64,000 nucleotides of DNA from Candidatus Omnitrophota bacterium (GCA_023484085.1 JAMDAS010000001.1:1-64000); one strand, 5' to 3'. Counted from the stretch's first letter, positions 9,450-20,442 are shown. Translations and numbers: made by a program. The notes: a model not told the origin generated them from the sequence alone.

Positions 9450-11060
9450 TCACATATCTGTGGATAAGTCTTTTTTTGTTATTGTCTGCTGTTTCTTCCA
9501 GTGGATATCATCTGTTTCAGGAAAATCCACCCGATAATGCGCCCCCCTGCTTTCCTGTCTTCTTAAAGCGCATAATGTGATAGATTTAGCAAGAATAAGC
9601 ATATTCTGGACCTCCCATCCCCATACATCAGAAAATTCCTTGAAAAACACATACCGGGCCCAGTTATCAATTCTTTCCATAGTTTCTTTTAATAAGTCCC
9701 CCTGTCTTTCTATACCCACATTTTTCCACATAAGGCTTTTTATTGAACGGCGTAAATCATCACAGTCTATAAATAATTTTTCTTTTTGTTTTACTGAATA
9801 TGAAATTTTAATTTCCTTATTATGCACACCCCTTTCTATTTCCTCTTTAACGGTTTTTCCTGCTCTTGAACCAAAAACAAGACCCTCAAGAAGAGAATTG
9901 GAGGCAAGTCTGTTCGCTCCCTGGACACCTGCATCTGCACATTCACCACAGGCAAAGAGGTTTCCCAGAGATGTTTTCCCGTATATATCTGTTTTTATTC
10001 CACCCATAAAGTAATGGGCTGCAGGCCGCACTGGAATAAGATTCTTTGTTATGTCAAGTCCATATTGAAGACACGTTTTATAAATACCCGGAAATCTTTT
10101 TTTTATGAATGAAGAGGAAAGTTTTTTTATATCAAGATAAACACAGATTGAAGAAGTCTTTTTCATATGGTCAATAATAGCCCTGCTTACTATGTCCCTG
10201 GGAGCAAGTTCTTTTAAAGGATGGTAGGATTCCATAAAAGGCCTGCCATTTTTATCAATCAACGTTCCGCCTTCCCCCCTTACGGATTCAGAAATCAAGA
10301 ATCTTGGCGCGCCTGCAAGATAAAGAGTCGTAGGATGGAACTGAACAAATTCCATGCTGCTTAAAACACCATTTTTTCTTAAAACCGCTGACTGTGCATC
10401 CCCTGTTATGGAAAAAGGATTCGTTGTTTCCTGGTAGAGCTGGCTTGCCCCGCCCGATGCAAGAATAATTTTTTTTGCGGATACAAAAAGAAGTTTTTTC
10501 TTTCTCCTGTTGAAAAGAATTGCACCATATATACCGGATTCAATTTCCACAAGGTCAACAAGAAAATATCCATCAATAATTTTTACACCTGAATTTTCAT
10601 GACACTTTTTTAAAAGTGTTTTTATCAATTCCTGTCCTGTTTTATCTCCATGGGAATGAAGAATTCTTTTTACCGAGTGTGCAGCCTCTATCGTCCAGTC
10701 AAAGCCACTGTTTTCCCTGTCAAATTCCACACCCCAGTCTATCAGTTCCTTAATCCGGGCAGGCCCTTCTTCCACAAGAATTTTAACTGATTCTATATTA
10801 TTAAGGAAACATCCTGCTTTAAGCGTATCTTCAAGATGTAATTGCGGGGTATCCCCTGATGAAAGTGATACTGCAATTCCGCCCTGGGCATTATAAGAAC
10901 AGCTGTCAAAAACGGATTCTTTGTTTACAATCAGAACGTTAAACCCTTTCAATTCAAGAGAAGCACGAAGGCCGGCAACCCCTGCGCCTATAATCAGGCA
11001 ATCCACGTTTTCAACCGGGAGTTTATTGATTGAAAAAGAAATAATGTATTCAGGAATCAT
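9450..11060 (-). CDS. nadB: L-aspartate oxidase
   Basis: FAD-binding GAGVAGL; succinate dehydrogenase/fumarate reductase flavoprotein-like family; 536 aa; no SdhB/C partner, nadD nearby. Confidence 0.75.
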   Translation of the reverse strand: MIPEYIISFSINKLPVENVDCLIIGAGVAGLRASLELKGFNVLIVNKESVFDSCSYNAQGGIAVSLSSGDTPQLHLEDTLKAGCFLNNIESVKILVEEGPARIKELIDWGVEFDRENSGFDWTIEAAHSVKRILHSHGDKTGQELIKTLLKKCHENSGVKIIDGYFLVDLVEIESGIYGAILFNRRKKKLLFVSAKKIILASGGASQLYQETTNPFSITGDAQSAVLRKNGVLSSMEFVQFHPTTLYLAGAPRFLISESVRGEGGTLIDKNGRPFMESYHPLKELAPRDIVSRAIIDHMKKTSSICVYLDIKKLSSSFIKKRFPGIYKTCLQYGLDITKNLIPVRPAAHYFMGGIKTDIYGKTSLGNLFACGECADAGVQGANRLASNSLLEGLVFGSRAGKTVKEEIERGVHNKEIKISYSVKQKEKLFIDCDDLRRSIKSLMWKNVGIERQGDLLKETMERIDNWARYVFFKEFSDVWGWEVQNMLILAKSITLCALRRQESRGAHYRVDFPETDDIHWKKQQTITKKDLSTDM

Positions 11061-11527
11061 AACGAATAATGTTTTTTTTCTTCCTCAGATGCATAATCAA
11101 TTATCAGCGTGCCATTAAGATGGTCATGCTCATGCGCAAAACATCTTGCAAGCAGACCTTTTGCCGGAATTATTATTTTTTTACCTCTTGGTGTCCATCC
11201 TGTTATTGTTATTTTTGCAGGCCTTTTAATTGAAAAATATACACCCGGAAAACTTAAACATCCTTCCAGATCAATCTCAAACTCTTCTATTTCAACTATT
11301 TCAGGATTTATAATTTTTATAATCTTTTTGGTATCAGGGTCATTGGCAATAAAGACTCTTTCCAAAACACCGAGCTGCGGGGCGGAAAGACCGACACCCC
11401 TGCTTTTCTTTAAAGTATCTTCAAGATTTTGTATGAGCTTAATGGTTTTTTCTGATATGTCTTTCACGGAAAGAGATTTTTTCCTCAGGACATCCGCTCC
11501 ATATTTTCTAATTCTTTTTACCGCCAT
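11057..11527 (-). CDS. def: Peptide deformylase
   Basis: Three PDF motifs: GVGLSAPQ, EGCLS, HEHDH. Confidence 0.9.
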   Translation of the reverse strand: MAVKRIRKYGADVLRKKSLSVKDISEKTIKLIQNLEDTLKKSRGVGLSAPQLGVLERVFIANDPDTKKIIKIINPEIVEIEEFEIDLEGCLSFPGVYFSIKRPAKITITGWTPRGKKIIIPAKGLLARCFAHEHDHLNGTLIIDYASEEEKKHYSL

Positions 11528-11542
11528 TTCAGTTTTCCCAGG

Positions 11543-12835
11543 TTAAAAGTGAGTAACCGGAGTTTTAAGCATATCACTTATTATCTTCATAGCGCAATAC
11601 TTGCCGCACATATTGCATACGTCATCAGAAAAAATTCCCTGTGATTCCCTCACCTTTTTAAATTTTTCAGGATTTATTGAAAATATTTCCTGCTGTTTCC
11701 AGTCCCGTTTAAATCTTGCCTCTGAAATCAGGTCATCCTGTTTTCTTGCACCCGGCATATCCCGGGCAATGTCCCCGGCATGGGCTGCAATTTTTGCAGC
11801 CACTACTCCATCAGCAACGTCATCAATTGTTGGAAGAGTCAGATGTTCACCCGGAGTCACATAACATATAAAATCAGCACCTGCCCAGCCGGCAACTGCT
11901 GCCCCAATTGCAGAGGTTATATGGTCATAACCCGGGGCTATATCAGTAACAAGAGGTCCTAAAAGATACAGGGGAGCAGATGCACATATGTTTTTTACAA
12001 TCTGTACATTAGTAAAAATCTGGTTTATCGGAACGTGCCCGGGACCTTCAATGATAACCTGAACTCCTTCTTCATTTGCGTATCCTGCTAATTTTCCTAA
12101 TTTCAAAACTTCAGAAATCTGTAAATTATCAGTAGCATCTGAAATACACCCTGGTCTCAATCCATCACCAAGACTTAAAACAAGGTCATATTTTTTTGCA
12201 ATCTCAATCAGTCTGTCAAAATTCTCATATAAAGGGTTTTCTTTGCCTGTAAGCGCCATCCATGAAAATATAAAGGAGCCTCCCCTGCTTACGACACCTG
12301 TTTTCCTTGGACTCTTTTTTAACATTTCAAGATTTTCAAGGGTTATTCCACAATGAACAGTTACAAAGGAAATACCGCTTTCTGCATGCTTTTCAATCGT
12401 CCTGAAAATTTTTTCTGCTGTCAGGTGGGAAAATGAACCTTTTTCTTCCACGGTTTCTATGTCTGCCTGGTATATGGGAACGGACCCGACAGGGACAGGA
12501 CTTGCCTGAACAATTTTTTCTCTTATAATGTCAAGATTTCCTCCTGTGCTGAGGTCCATCACTGTGTCTGTCTTAAGCTGGCATGCCTTATCAAGTTTTG
12601 ATAGTTCACCGTCAACGTCAACAACGTTTGGGGACGTCCCGAGATTGGCATTTACCTTTATGTGGAGACAGTCGCCTATACCTGTCCAGCAGATATTTTT
12701 ATGGGTTAAAATAACCGTTCTTCCTTTTGCAACTGATTCTGAAATTTTTTCAGCAGGAACGTTTTCCTTTTCACTGATTTTCCGGACAGATTCAGTAATA
12801 TTACCCTTTTTTGCCTCAATTTTTTGTAATAACAT
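11543..12835 (-). CDS. thiC: Phosphomethylpyrimidine synthase ThiC
   Basis: 430 aa, ThiC-family core with C-terminal CNMCGKYCAMK (CxxCx4C cluster motif). Confidence 0.75.
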   Translation of the reverse strand: MLLQKIEAKKGNITESVRKISEKENVPAEKISESVAKGRTVILTHKNICWTGIGDCLHIKVNANLGTSPNVVDVDGELSKLDKACQLKTDTVMDLSTGGNLDIIREKIVQASPVPVGSVPIYQADIETVEEKGSFSHLTAEKIFRTIEKHAESGISFVTVHCGITLENLEMLKKSPRKTGVVSRGGSFIFSWMALTGKENPLYENFDRLIEIAKKYDLVLSLGDGLRPGCISDATDNLQISEVLKLGKLAGYANEEGVQVIIEGPGHVPINQIFTNVQIVKNICASAPLYLLGPLVTDIAPGYDHITSAIGAAVAGWAGADFICYVTPGEHLTLPTIDDVADGVVAAKIAAHAGDIARDMPGARKQDDLISEARFKRDWKQQEIFSINPEKFKKVRESQGIFSDDVCNMCGKYCAMKIISDMLKTPVTHF

Positions 12836-12836
12836 A

Positions 12837-14504
12837 TTATTTTTGGACTCTTAGAACCGCACCCTCTGATGCTGAGCTTACAAAAGAAGCATATCTTTCA
12901 AGAACACCGGTTAATTTTTTCTCTTTTATTTTTAACTTTTTGCCTCTATCTGCAAATTCTTCTGCAGATACAAGCGCATTGAGTTTTCTTTCATGAATAT
13001 TAATCTCAATGATATCACCATCTTTTAATAATCCAACCGGTCCTCCAAGGGATGCCTCAGGACTTATGTGGCCGATACAGGCGCCTCTTGTGCCGCCAGA
13101 AAATCTTCCATCCGTAAGTAAAGCTACGTTTTCTCCAAGTCCTTTACCCACAATAGCCGAAGTAACAGACAGCATCTCCCGCATTCCAGGTCCGCCTTTT
13201 GGACCCTCGTATCTTATAACCACAACGTCTCCTCTTTTAATTTTATTGTTTAAAATTGCCTCCATAGTCTCTTCCTCACTATCAAAAACTTTTGCAGCCC
13301 CTTTACAAACAAACATTTGTGGTATAACTGCAGACTGTTTTACAACGCACCCATCAGGTGCAATATTACCTTTTAATATTGCAATCCCGCCTTCTTCTGA
13401 ATACGGGGTATCTATGTTTTTAATCACGCTGTTATCCATAACTTTTTGAGATTTTATTTCATCACCTATTTTATTACCCATAACTGTAATGGCATTCATA
13501 TGAAGCAGATTCTTTCTTGAAAGCTCATTCATAACACCATAAATACCGCCTGCACGATATAAGTCTTCCATATGATGTGTTCCTGCAGGCGAAATCCTGC
13601 AAAGATTAGGGGTTTTTTTACTTATTCTGTCAAAAACGTCCAGTGAAAGACTGATTCCTGCTTCATTTGCAATCGCAGGAAGATGTAAAACCGTATTTGT
13701 TGACGCACCAATCGCCATGTCAACTGTTATGGCATTTTCAAAAGCTTCTTTTGTCGTAATATCCTTTGGTTTTATATCTTTTTCAACAAGCTCCATTATT
13801 TTCATGCCCGCCTTTTTTGCAAGTCTTATCCTTTCTGAAGTTACAGCCAAAATTGTCCCGTTACCTGGTAAAGCCATTCCAATTGCTTCAGAAAGACAGT
13901 TCATTGAATTGGCTGTAAACATGCCTGAACAGGAACCGCAGGATGGACATGCATATTCTTCCATTATTTTTAACTGTTCCTCGGTCATCTGCCCGGAGGA
14001 GACCTTTCCTACGGCTTCATATACAGAAATAAGGTCTATTGTCCCGAATTCAGATGAAAAACCTGCAAGCATTGGTCCACCGCTTATAAGAATTGATGGA
14101 ATATTCAGTCTCAGCGCTGCCATCATCATACCCGGGATTATTTTGTCACAGTTGGGTATAAGAACCAGGCCATCAAACATATGTGACATTGCCATAATTT
14201 CTACAGAATCCGCAATGACTTCTCTGGAAACAAGTGAATATTTCATACCTTCATGACCCATTGCAATACCGTCGCATACGCCAATGGTCCTGAATTCAAC
14301 AGGCGTTCCACCGGCTATTCTTACGCCATCCTTTGCTGCTCTTGCAACATTGTCAAGATGGATATGGCCGGGAACCATTTCGTTGCCGGAATTCACAATT
14401 CCTATAATCGGCCTGTTAATCTCCTCGTCCGTAAGGCCGGTTGCCTTCATAAGACTTCTATGAGGCGCCCTCAAAAAACCTTTTTTGATACTGTCGCTTC
14501 TCAT
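12837..14504 (-). CDS. ilvD: Dihydroxy-acid dehydratase
   Basis: 555 aa IlvD/EDD family (…CDKIIPGM…, …[16 protein letters not shown]…). Confidence 0.9.
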   Translation of the reverse strand: MRSDSIKKGFLRAPHRSLMKATGLTDEEINRPIIGIVNSGNEMVPGHIHLDNVARAAKDGVRIAGGTPVEFRTIGVCDGIAMGHEGMKYSLVSREVIADSVEIMAMSHMFDGLVLIPNCDKIIPGMMMAALRLNIPSILISGGPMLAGFSSEFGTIDLISVYEAVGKVSSGQMTEEQLKIMEEYACPSCGSCSGMFTANSMNCLSEAIGMALPGNGTILAVTSERIRLAKKAGMKIMELVEKDIKPKDITTKEAFENAITVDMAIGASTNTVLHLPAIANEAGISLSLDVFDRISKKTPNLCRISPAGTHHMEDLYRAGGIYGVMNELSRKNLLHMNAITVMGNKIGDEIKSQKVMDNSVIKNIDTPYSEEGGIAILKGNIAPDGCVVKQSAVIPQMFVCKGAAKVFDSEEETMEAILNNKIKRGDVVVIRYEGPKGGPGMREMLSVTSAIVGKGLGENVALLTDGRFSGGTRGACIGHISPEASLGGPVGLLKDGDIIEINIHERKLNALVSAEEFADRGKKLKIKEKKLTGVLERYASFVSSASEGAVLRVQK

Positions 14505-14524
14505 TTTATTCCCTCTCCATACTC

Positions 14525-15490
14525 TTATATTGCCATTGATTTCAATAATTCCAATTTTTCCATGGAAATTGTCTTTTTACCGGAAATCACGTCAGAAAGT
14601 TTTACCCTTACAATCTTATTGCCGCTAATCCCCACCATTTTACCATAATCCTTTTCCTTGAACATTTTTATTGCCTCAAAACCAAAAATTGTTGCAAGCT
14701 CTCTTGAAAAATAAGTGGGAGAGCCTCCTCTCTGGGAATACCCCAGGACAACGTATCTCACTTCCCTGTCAGGTAAATTCTGATGGATTTTTTCTGTAAT
14801 ATCATGCGCTTTTCCAGCTCCTTCAGCAAGAATAATAAGAGAACTTAGTTTTCCTTTTTGTTTATTTTCTTCAAGGTCTTTGATGATTTTTTCCATTGAA
14901 ACAGGAAATTCAGGAATAATGGCTGTTTCTGCACCTGCTGCGATTGCAATATCAAGAGCAAGAAAACCATGTTCTCTTCCCATAACCTCAATAATAAAAA
15001 CCCTCTCATGGCTGCTTGCCGTATCCCTTATTTTATCTATTATTTCTACGGCAGTGTTTACAGCCGTATCAAAACCAATTGTCCAGTCTGTTCCAAAAAC
15101 ATCATTGTCAATAGAAGCAGGAATAAACACAACAGGAAAACCAAAATCTACGGATAAAGCGTATGCACCATTTGCAGAACCATCTCCGCCTATAGCAACA
15201 AGTCCTTCTATACCAAGCTCCTGTAAGTTTTTATAACATTTTTCTCTTGTCTGCTTTTCTTTAAATTCAGGAAATCTGATGGTCCGCAGGATGGTGCCGC
15301 CTTTATTTATAATATTGCCTACGCTTCTTGAATCCATATTTATAACGTCTTTTTCAAACAATCCATAATATCCTCTTTTTATTCCAGATACTTCAAAATC
15401 CGCCCCGAGCCCGGCTCTTACAACAGACCTGATAGCGCAGTTCATTCCAGGAGCATCCCCGCCACTTGTAAGAACGGCTATTCTTTTCAA
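14525..15490 (-). CDS. pfkA: ATP-dependent 6-phosphofructokinase
   Basis: [17 protein letters not shown]…, IGGDGS motif (Gly at the ATP/PPi-discriminating position), PASIDND. Confidence 0.8.
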   Translation of the reverse strand: MKRIAVLTSGGDAPGMNCAIRSVVRAGLGADFEVSGIKRGYYGLFEKDVINMDSRSVGNIINKGGTILRTIRFPEFKEKQTREKCYKNLQELGIEGLVAIGGDGSANGAYALSVDFGFPVVFIPASIDNDVFGTDWTIGFDTAVNTAVEIIDKIRDTASSHERVFIIEVMGREHGFLALDIAIAAGAETAIIPEFPVSMEKIIKDLEENKQKGKLSSLIILAEGAGKAHDITEKIHQNLPDREVRYVVLGYSQRGGSPTYFSRELATIFGFEAIKMFKEKDYGKMVGISGNKIVRVKLSDVISGKKTISMEKLELLKSMAI

Positions 15491-15786
15491 TTTGGTACTC
15501 CTCTAAATGTGATTATACATTTAGGATTTAATAAAAATTTTTGTAATAAAGTTAACAAATCTTATTTGTTTAGATTCCCAAACAAAGTTTCTCTATATTT
15601 TATCTCTTATTTGTTTTTTTACCAATTTTATTTTTTATTGATGAAAGAGCCATTATCGCTCCTTGTTTTAATGAAAGGAAATAGAATAAAACAAATGCTC
15701 AATTTTAATTGTCGCTAAAAACAAAAATAATTAACATTAATCAGCGTATTATTTTCCCTATAATTTTTTTATAGTATAATTAAGAT

Positions 15787-15836
15787 GTAAATATTCAGTC
15801 AACGATGTTGCCTGAAGGCACTCAGTGAATATTTAC
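15787..15836. repeat. Minimal solo-TIR copy of the dispersed repeat family
   Basis: gtaaatattcagtcaacgatgttgcctgaaggcactcagtgaatatttac: inverted termini gtaaatattcagt / cagtgaatatttac flanking 20 bp; 25 nt upstream of methyltransferase start. Confidence 0.7.
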
Positions 15837-15859
15837 GATAAAACATAGGATATAATATT

Positions 15860-17521
15860 ATGAGTAAACTACAACAAAAACATAGAAACACAGAAACTTT
15901 GATGATTAGAGATTCTTATCAGCAATATTTATTCCCGGATATGCCTTTAATAACATCAAAACGAGAGTTCTTACATAAAGCAAGAAGCAAAACAAGTCTG
16001 GGATTACAATGCGAGAAAATAAATATTCTCATAAACAAAATTGGATTTGAGAATGCGTGGTATTCAATTTTAGCCACACATATCTATCAACTTCATCAAT
16101 CCCCCTTTGATTATCTTTTAAAACAACAAGAGTTTGCGAATGCAGTTATTTTGGATTCAGATATACTTTATTATCTTTCTATTGGTGAAATAGCAACACT
16201 TTATGAGTATTCTTTGTCGTATCTTAATAGAAATAAAAGAGCTCAGGAAGGACAGTATTTTACGCCTGATGATGTGGCTCAAGTAATGGCAAAAAGATCG
16301 CTCTTTTTCCCCCCTGATAAAATTTGGGTTGACCCTTGTTCAGGAATTGGTAATCTTTCCTTTTGGTTGATTAAGTTACAGAGTAATCCTGAGAGTTTTT
16401 TAACTAATCAACTTTATTTGATTGACAAGGATGCACTAGCATTGTTTATTGCCAGAACTTTATTCACACTATCATTTCAAAATAAATCAAAAAATTTATT
16501 TATTGAAATAGCACCTCGTTTTATAGTTGCAGATTTCCTTTTTGCTTCCGAACTTCCGGCATTTGATTTTGCTATTCTAAATCCACCCTATGTAGAAGTG
16601 GAATCTGATAATCGTTTTAAAACTGCTAAAACACGTAATTTGTATGCTTATTTTTTGGAACGAGTTATTAATCTATCAAGGGGATTTGTTTCTATTACAC
16701 CACAAACTTTCACGCACGGACAGAGATTTAAGACTTTACGCCAATTACTAATTGAAAATATGAAGGATATTTCAATTTATTGTTTTGATAATGTTCCTGA
16801 TACGATATTCAAAGGAATTAAATTTGGCTCAACCAATACAAATAAAACCAACAGCATAAGGGCGTCCATCACCGTAGCAAAATCTGAAAGTAAATTTCCT
16901 TGTTTTAAAATTACACCCTTGTTGCGATGGCGAACAAAAGAAAGAAAAAAAATACTGGAGAGTATTGATGATTATTTGACCAATGTAGAACCAAGCGTGG
17001 ATATTTTCCCCAAAATTCAAAAGGAACTTCTGTATTTATATTATGAAGTAAAAAAGGTGAAAAAAACATTGGTAAATCTTGTTTCAACCAATCCAACACA
17101 ATATAAACTCGTCATCCCAACCACGCCCAGATATTTTATTTCTGCACTGCGAACAGAAGTTAATCGTTCTTCATTCAGAATATTATATTTTTATAATAAA
17201 AAAGACTACGACCTTGCCTATATTTTATTAAATAGCAGTTATGCTTACTGGTGGTGGCGGATTAATGATGGTGGAATGACGATTTCAGAAAAAACTTTGC
17301 TTTCATTACCAATTCCAGATAACATTCCTGTTAACAGTCAACTTATATCAAAGATTGAACAATCAGAACTCACAAACCGAGTTTTCAAAAAAAATGCAGG
17401 TAAAAACAATGAGAATGTAAAACATAAAGCAATTCTTATAGGAGAAATAAATCAAACTCTTTTTCTTGATTTCGCTTCTGCACTTAACCATCTACATAAT
17501 AATTCGGTTATTACTATATGA
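15860..17521 (+). CDS. N6-adenine-specific DNA methyltransferase (gamma-class, HsdM/Eco57I-like catalytic domain + C-terminal putative target-recognition region)
   Basis: Motif X GQYFTP, motif I VDPCSGIGNLSF, motif IV FAILNPPYVEV in gamma-class order; 553 aa. One of only three plus-strand genes in the window. Confidence 0.65.
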   Translation: MSKLQQKHRNTETLMIRDSYQQYLFPDMPLITSKREFLHKARSKTSLGLQCEKINILINKIGFENAWYSILATHIYQLHQSPFDYLLKQQEFANAVILDSDILYYLSIGEIATLYEYSLSYLNRNKRAQEGQYFTPDDVAQVMAKRSLFFPPDKIWVDPCSGIGNLSFWLIKLQSNPESFLTNQLYLIDKDALALFIARTLFTLSFQNKSKNLFIEIAPRFIVADFLFASELPAFDFAILNPPYVEVESDNRFKTAKTRNLYAYFLERVINLSRGFVSITPQTFTHGQRFKTLRQLLIENMKDISIYCFDNVPDTIFKGIKFGSTNTNKTNSIRASITVAKSESKFPCFKITPLLRWRTKERKKILESIDDYLTNVEPSVDIFPKIQKELLYLYYEVKKVKKTLVNLVSTNPTQYKLVIPTTPRYFISALRTEVNRSSFRILYFYNKKDYDLAYILLNSSYAYWWWRINDGGMTISEKTLLSLPIPDNIPVNSQLISKIEQSELTNRVFKKNAGKNNENVKHKAILIGEINQTLFLDFASALNHLHNNSVITI

Positions 17522-18186
17522 TACTATCAAAACAACTATTAAATGAAATCGTTACAGGATTATTAAAAATGCCTAATAAATGGAATGCTCGTAAAATTTA
17601 TTTAGAGTGGAAAAGAATTAATAGCCGGCATTTTCGACAAACGGAATGGATTGGTTGGCGGTTCCAAGAACTTTGTGAACAATACCTGAAATCAATTCAA
17701 AAATTTAATTTTTCGCCTCAGAGATATGGTTATGCTGATTTTGATGCATTTGCAGAAATCCCATGGGACTTCAAGACACACATTCGTCAAAATCCTCGTG
17801 GACAACAAACTCACAAGGTTCCCGGCACTGATAGACGAGCGACTTTCCAAGCAATTAAGGATTATGGAGCAGTTGGTTTCATCATAGGAATAGGCGATGC
17901 TGTTTTTAACGATAAAGATAGAAGTTTTCAACTTTGGCACAATAAACTCAAGGGTGGTTTGTCAGAGTATGAGAAAGAGAGAGTATCCCGTGGGGCACCT
18001 TCCCGTCTACGTAAAACTGCGTTTTCTCTATGTGAAATTTGGATTATTGAAGTTGACGAAAAATTATACAAGAATCTTGAAACTTTTATGGAAGGGTTTA
18101 GAAATAGAGACGGAAACCCTCGTAAAGCAAAAGTAATGTTGGATTTAAATAAAATTGAACCGATTTACAAGATTGAGTTTTCATAA
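17518..18186 (+). CDS. Hypothetical protein translationally coupled to the methyltransferase; candidate restriction endonuclease/partner
   Basis: ATGA start/stop overlap with preceding gene. 222 aa. Possible PD-(D/E)xK-like core D76-x7-D84-F-K86 (YADFDAFAEIPWDFK). No other recognisable domain. Confidence 0.35.
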   Translation: MILSKQLLNEIVTGLLKMPNKWNARKIYLEWKRINSRHFRQTEWIGWRFQELCEQYLKSIQKFNFSPQRYGYADFDAFAEIPWDFKTHIRQNPRGQQTHKVPGTDRRATFQAIKDYGAVGFIIGIGDAVFNDKDRSFQLWHNKLKGGLSEYEKERVSRGAPSRLRKTAFSLCEIWIIEVDEKLYKNLETFMEGFRNRDGNPRKAKVMLDLNKIEPIYKIEFS

Positions 18187-18221
18187 ATGATACTTTTGCC
18201 TTAAATCCTGCTTCAAATTTC

Positions 18222-18314
18222 GTAAATATTCACTAAGACAGTGTTTCCACCAAAAAGATTGGCGGATCAAAGACGAGCCAAACTTATTTCAAGCACCGTT
18301 AACTGAGTATTTAC
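18222..18314. repeat. MITE-like dispersed repeat copy R3 (modules C+B with both TIRs)
   Basis: gtaaatattcactaagacagtgtttcc…attggcgga…ccaaacttatttcaagcaccgttaactgagtatttac. Confidence 0.8.
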
Positions 18315-18320
18315 AAATTC

Positions 18321-19394
18321 TTAGTATCCAAAGTCTGCCTTGACAGAAACACTTTCTCTTGTAGATGGTTTTAAAAGCGCTTTTGCTTCATCAGAAATTC
18401 CTGAAAATTTGTACCACCACGGCTTAGACATGGACCGGGCAAGTTTTTTTATAATTTTAATTCTTGGAAGAGCAATTTTTTTAAATGATTTTTCCAGGGT
18501 CTCCCAATCTTTTGTATCAGGGTCAGTAAATGCTTCTTTAAAATAAGCCCTGCCGCACATGGGTCCGCAAATAATGTCTGAAACTATACTATACTGTGCT
18601 ACATACTGTTCAAAATCAACTGCAGCGCTTAAAAGAAGGATAGGCCTTGGCGAAATCTTTTCCATTTCAGATGCGGTATCCCGGACAACCTGTGGGGAGG
18701 AAATGTTTATAACCTTTCCATTTTCTTCAATCCATAATAATGGAACCTGTGTTTTATAGAAATTGCCAATTAAACCAAAATCCTGAGCCATTTTTATAAG
18801 TCCTTCAGGCAGTCTTTTGGCAAATTCTTTTTTATCTTCACCTGGTTCAGGAGAAAGAAGTGTTTCAGTAAATAATGGTTTACCAAGTTTTTCTGCTCTT
18901 TCAAAAGTATCTTTTGCAAAAGCAAGATTTTTTTCCCAGCTTTCCTTATGTGATGGATTTAATTTTACAAGAATTTTAAAGCCATCAACTTTTTCTGCAA
19001 TGTCTTCCGGCTGAACGGCAAGTTTTGTAATCTGCCCTCTCCCGCCATCAATATTGATTGTATTGGTGTCTTCAAGTCTTCCTATTAAAAGAACGTTTTC
19101 ACCAAGCGTTTTTTTAAATCCGGGCGTAAGATATGCAAAATGATTAAAAAGAGCTGCTGTTGTAATCCCACCAAGATTTTTTGCAAAACGAAGACATATC
19201 TCTTTTACATCACTATCTTCTGCTTTTTTGGGTTTCCCTATATGCTTAAAAAACGTTTCCCCTAATTTAAGATAAGAATTATGCTGGTCCGATGCAAAAA
19301 CATCAAGAATTCCATCAGGAGAAAATTTTGCAAGAATCTTAAAAACCTTCTCTTCAATCTTTACTCCATCCTTATATTTAACTTCTATTCCCAT
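18321..19394 (-). CDS. Class I fructose-bisphosphate aldolase (DeoC/LacD/FbaB family)
   Basis: ILVKLNPSHKESW matches FbaB FLVKLNHNETLSY region; start moved to MGIEVKY (ATG 19392-19394) preceded by AAGGGGGA SD; adjacent to PPi-PFK. Confidence 0.55.
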   Translation of the reverse strand: MGIEVKYKDGVKIEEKVFKILAKFSPDGILDVFASDQHNSYLKLGETFFKHIGKPKKAEDSDVKEICLRFAKNLGGITTAALFNHFAYLTPGFKKTLGENVLLIGRLEDTNTINIDGGRGQITKLAVQPEDIAEKVDGFKILVKLNPSHKESWEKNLAFAKDTFERAEKLGKPLFTETLLSPEPGEDKKEFAKRLPEGLIKMAQDFGLIGNFYKTQVPLLWIEENGKVINISSPQVVRDTASEMEKISPRPILLLSAAVDFEQYVAQYSIVSDIICGPMCGRAYFKEAFTDPDTKDWETLEKSFKKIALPRIKIIKKLARSMSKPWWYKFSGISDEAKALLKPSTRESVSVKADFGY

Positions 19395-19422
19395 GTTATC
19401 CCCCTTATTGTAAAAGTGATAT

Positions 19423-20442
19423 CTATTTAAAAAATATTTTTGTAAGCTCAAACCAGTCTTTGTCTACTGTTTTTAGTTTTGCCACAGCCTCTTTCAGCTC
19501 AACCGCCTCTATCTTATTACCTCTCAGGCAAGCCATTTTACCGAAGTCCCCGTTATTCACAAGTTCTGCGGCTTTAACTCCAACCCTGAGCCCCAAAATC
19601 CTGTCAAATACCGTAGGAGCGCCACCTCTTTGCATATGCCCCATTACAGAAGACCTTGTTTCAATTCCGGTATTTTTTTCTATCATCTTTGCAATTTTTT
19701 CGTCTGTTCCTCTTTTTGTAACCGTGATATGTCCAAACTCATCCGTTACCTGTGTTGATGTATCTTCCGGGATATCAATGCCCTCAGATATAATAACAAG
19801 TCCGTAATTTTTTCTTTTATAAACCTCTTTCAGGTGCTGATACATTTTATCATAATCATTTTTAAATTCAGGAAGTATACACCAGTCAGCGCCGGATGCA
19901 AGAAACGTATAAGCGGCAATCCAGCCTGCATGTCTTCCCATAACCTCAAGGACCATTATCCTCCTGTGAGACTTTCCCGTATCCATTAATGCCCTGCATG
20001 CGTCAATATTCCGTGTTACTGCAGTATCAAAACCAAACGTAAAATCTGTCGCGTAAAGGTCATTGTCAATTGTTTTAGGCACCCCTACCACTTTTATTCC
20101 CTGCTCATAAATTTTTGCTGCAACTCCAAGTGTATCCTCGCCACCCATTGCAACAATTGCATCAACGTTATATTTCTCCATATTCCTCTTTATTTTTTCA
20201 ATGCCATCATCTCTTTTTGCAAGATTAAACCTTGACGTCCCGATGATTGTTCCACCCTTGTAAACAATCTCATCCACTTCTTTCAATCCCATTGGAACAG
20301 TATTACCTTCATAAAGACCCTTCCATCCTTCCAAAAAACCAATACATTCATTTCCAAAATCCATACTTCTTATAACACAACCCCTGATAGCAGGGTTTAA
20401 TCCCGGGCAATCCCCTCCACCTGTTAACATCCCGATTCTCAT
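19423..20442 (-). CDS. pfp: Pyrophosphate-dependent phosphofructokinase (group III PFK, PPi-type residues)
   Basis: MRIGMLTGGGDCPGLN; GGEDT (Asp at the position that is Gly in ATP-PFKs) and PKTIDND (Lys where ATP-PFKs have Gly); start at ATG 20440-20442 with GGAGGG SD. Confidence 0.65.
   Translation of the reverse strand: MRIGMLTGGGDCPGLNPAIRGCVIRSMDFGNECIGFLEGWKGLYEGNTVPMGLKEVDEIVYKGGTIIGTSRFNLAKRDDGIEKIKRNMEKYNVDAIVAMGGEDTLGVAAKIYEQGIKVVGVPKTIDNDLYATDFTFGFDTAVTRNIDACRALMDTGKSHRRIMVLEVMGRHAGWIAAYTFLASGADWCILPEFKNDYDKMYQHLKEVYKRKNYGLVIISEGIDIPEDTSTQVTDEFGHITVTKRGTDEKIAKMIEKNTGIETRSSVMGHMQRGGAPTVFDRILGLRVGVKAAELVNNGDFGKMACLRGNKIEAVELKEAVAKLKTVDKDWFELTKIFFK

Noticed and set aside
11543-12835. 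TPP riboswitch upstream of thiC
   Set aside because: thiC start is only 2 nt downstream of the ilvD stop, so there is no room for a leader.
17518-18186. Confident call of the 222-aa partner as a restriction endonuclease
   Set aside because: Only a weak D-x7-D-x-K pattern; no family recognised; kept as hypothesis, not annotation.
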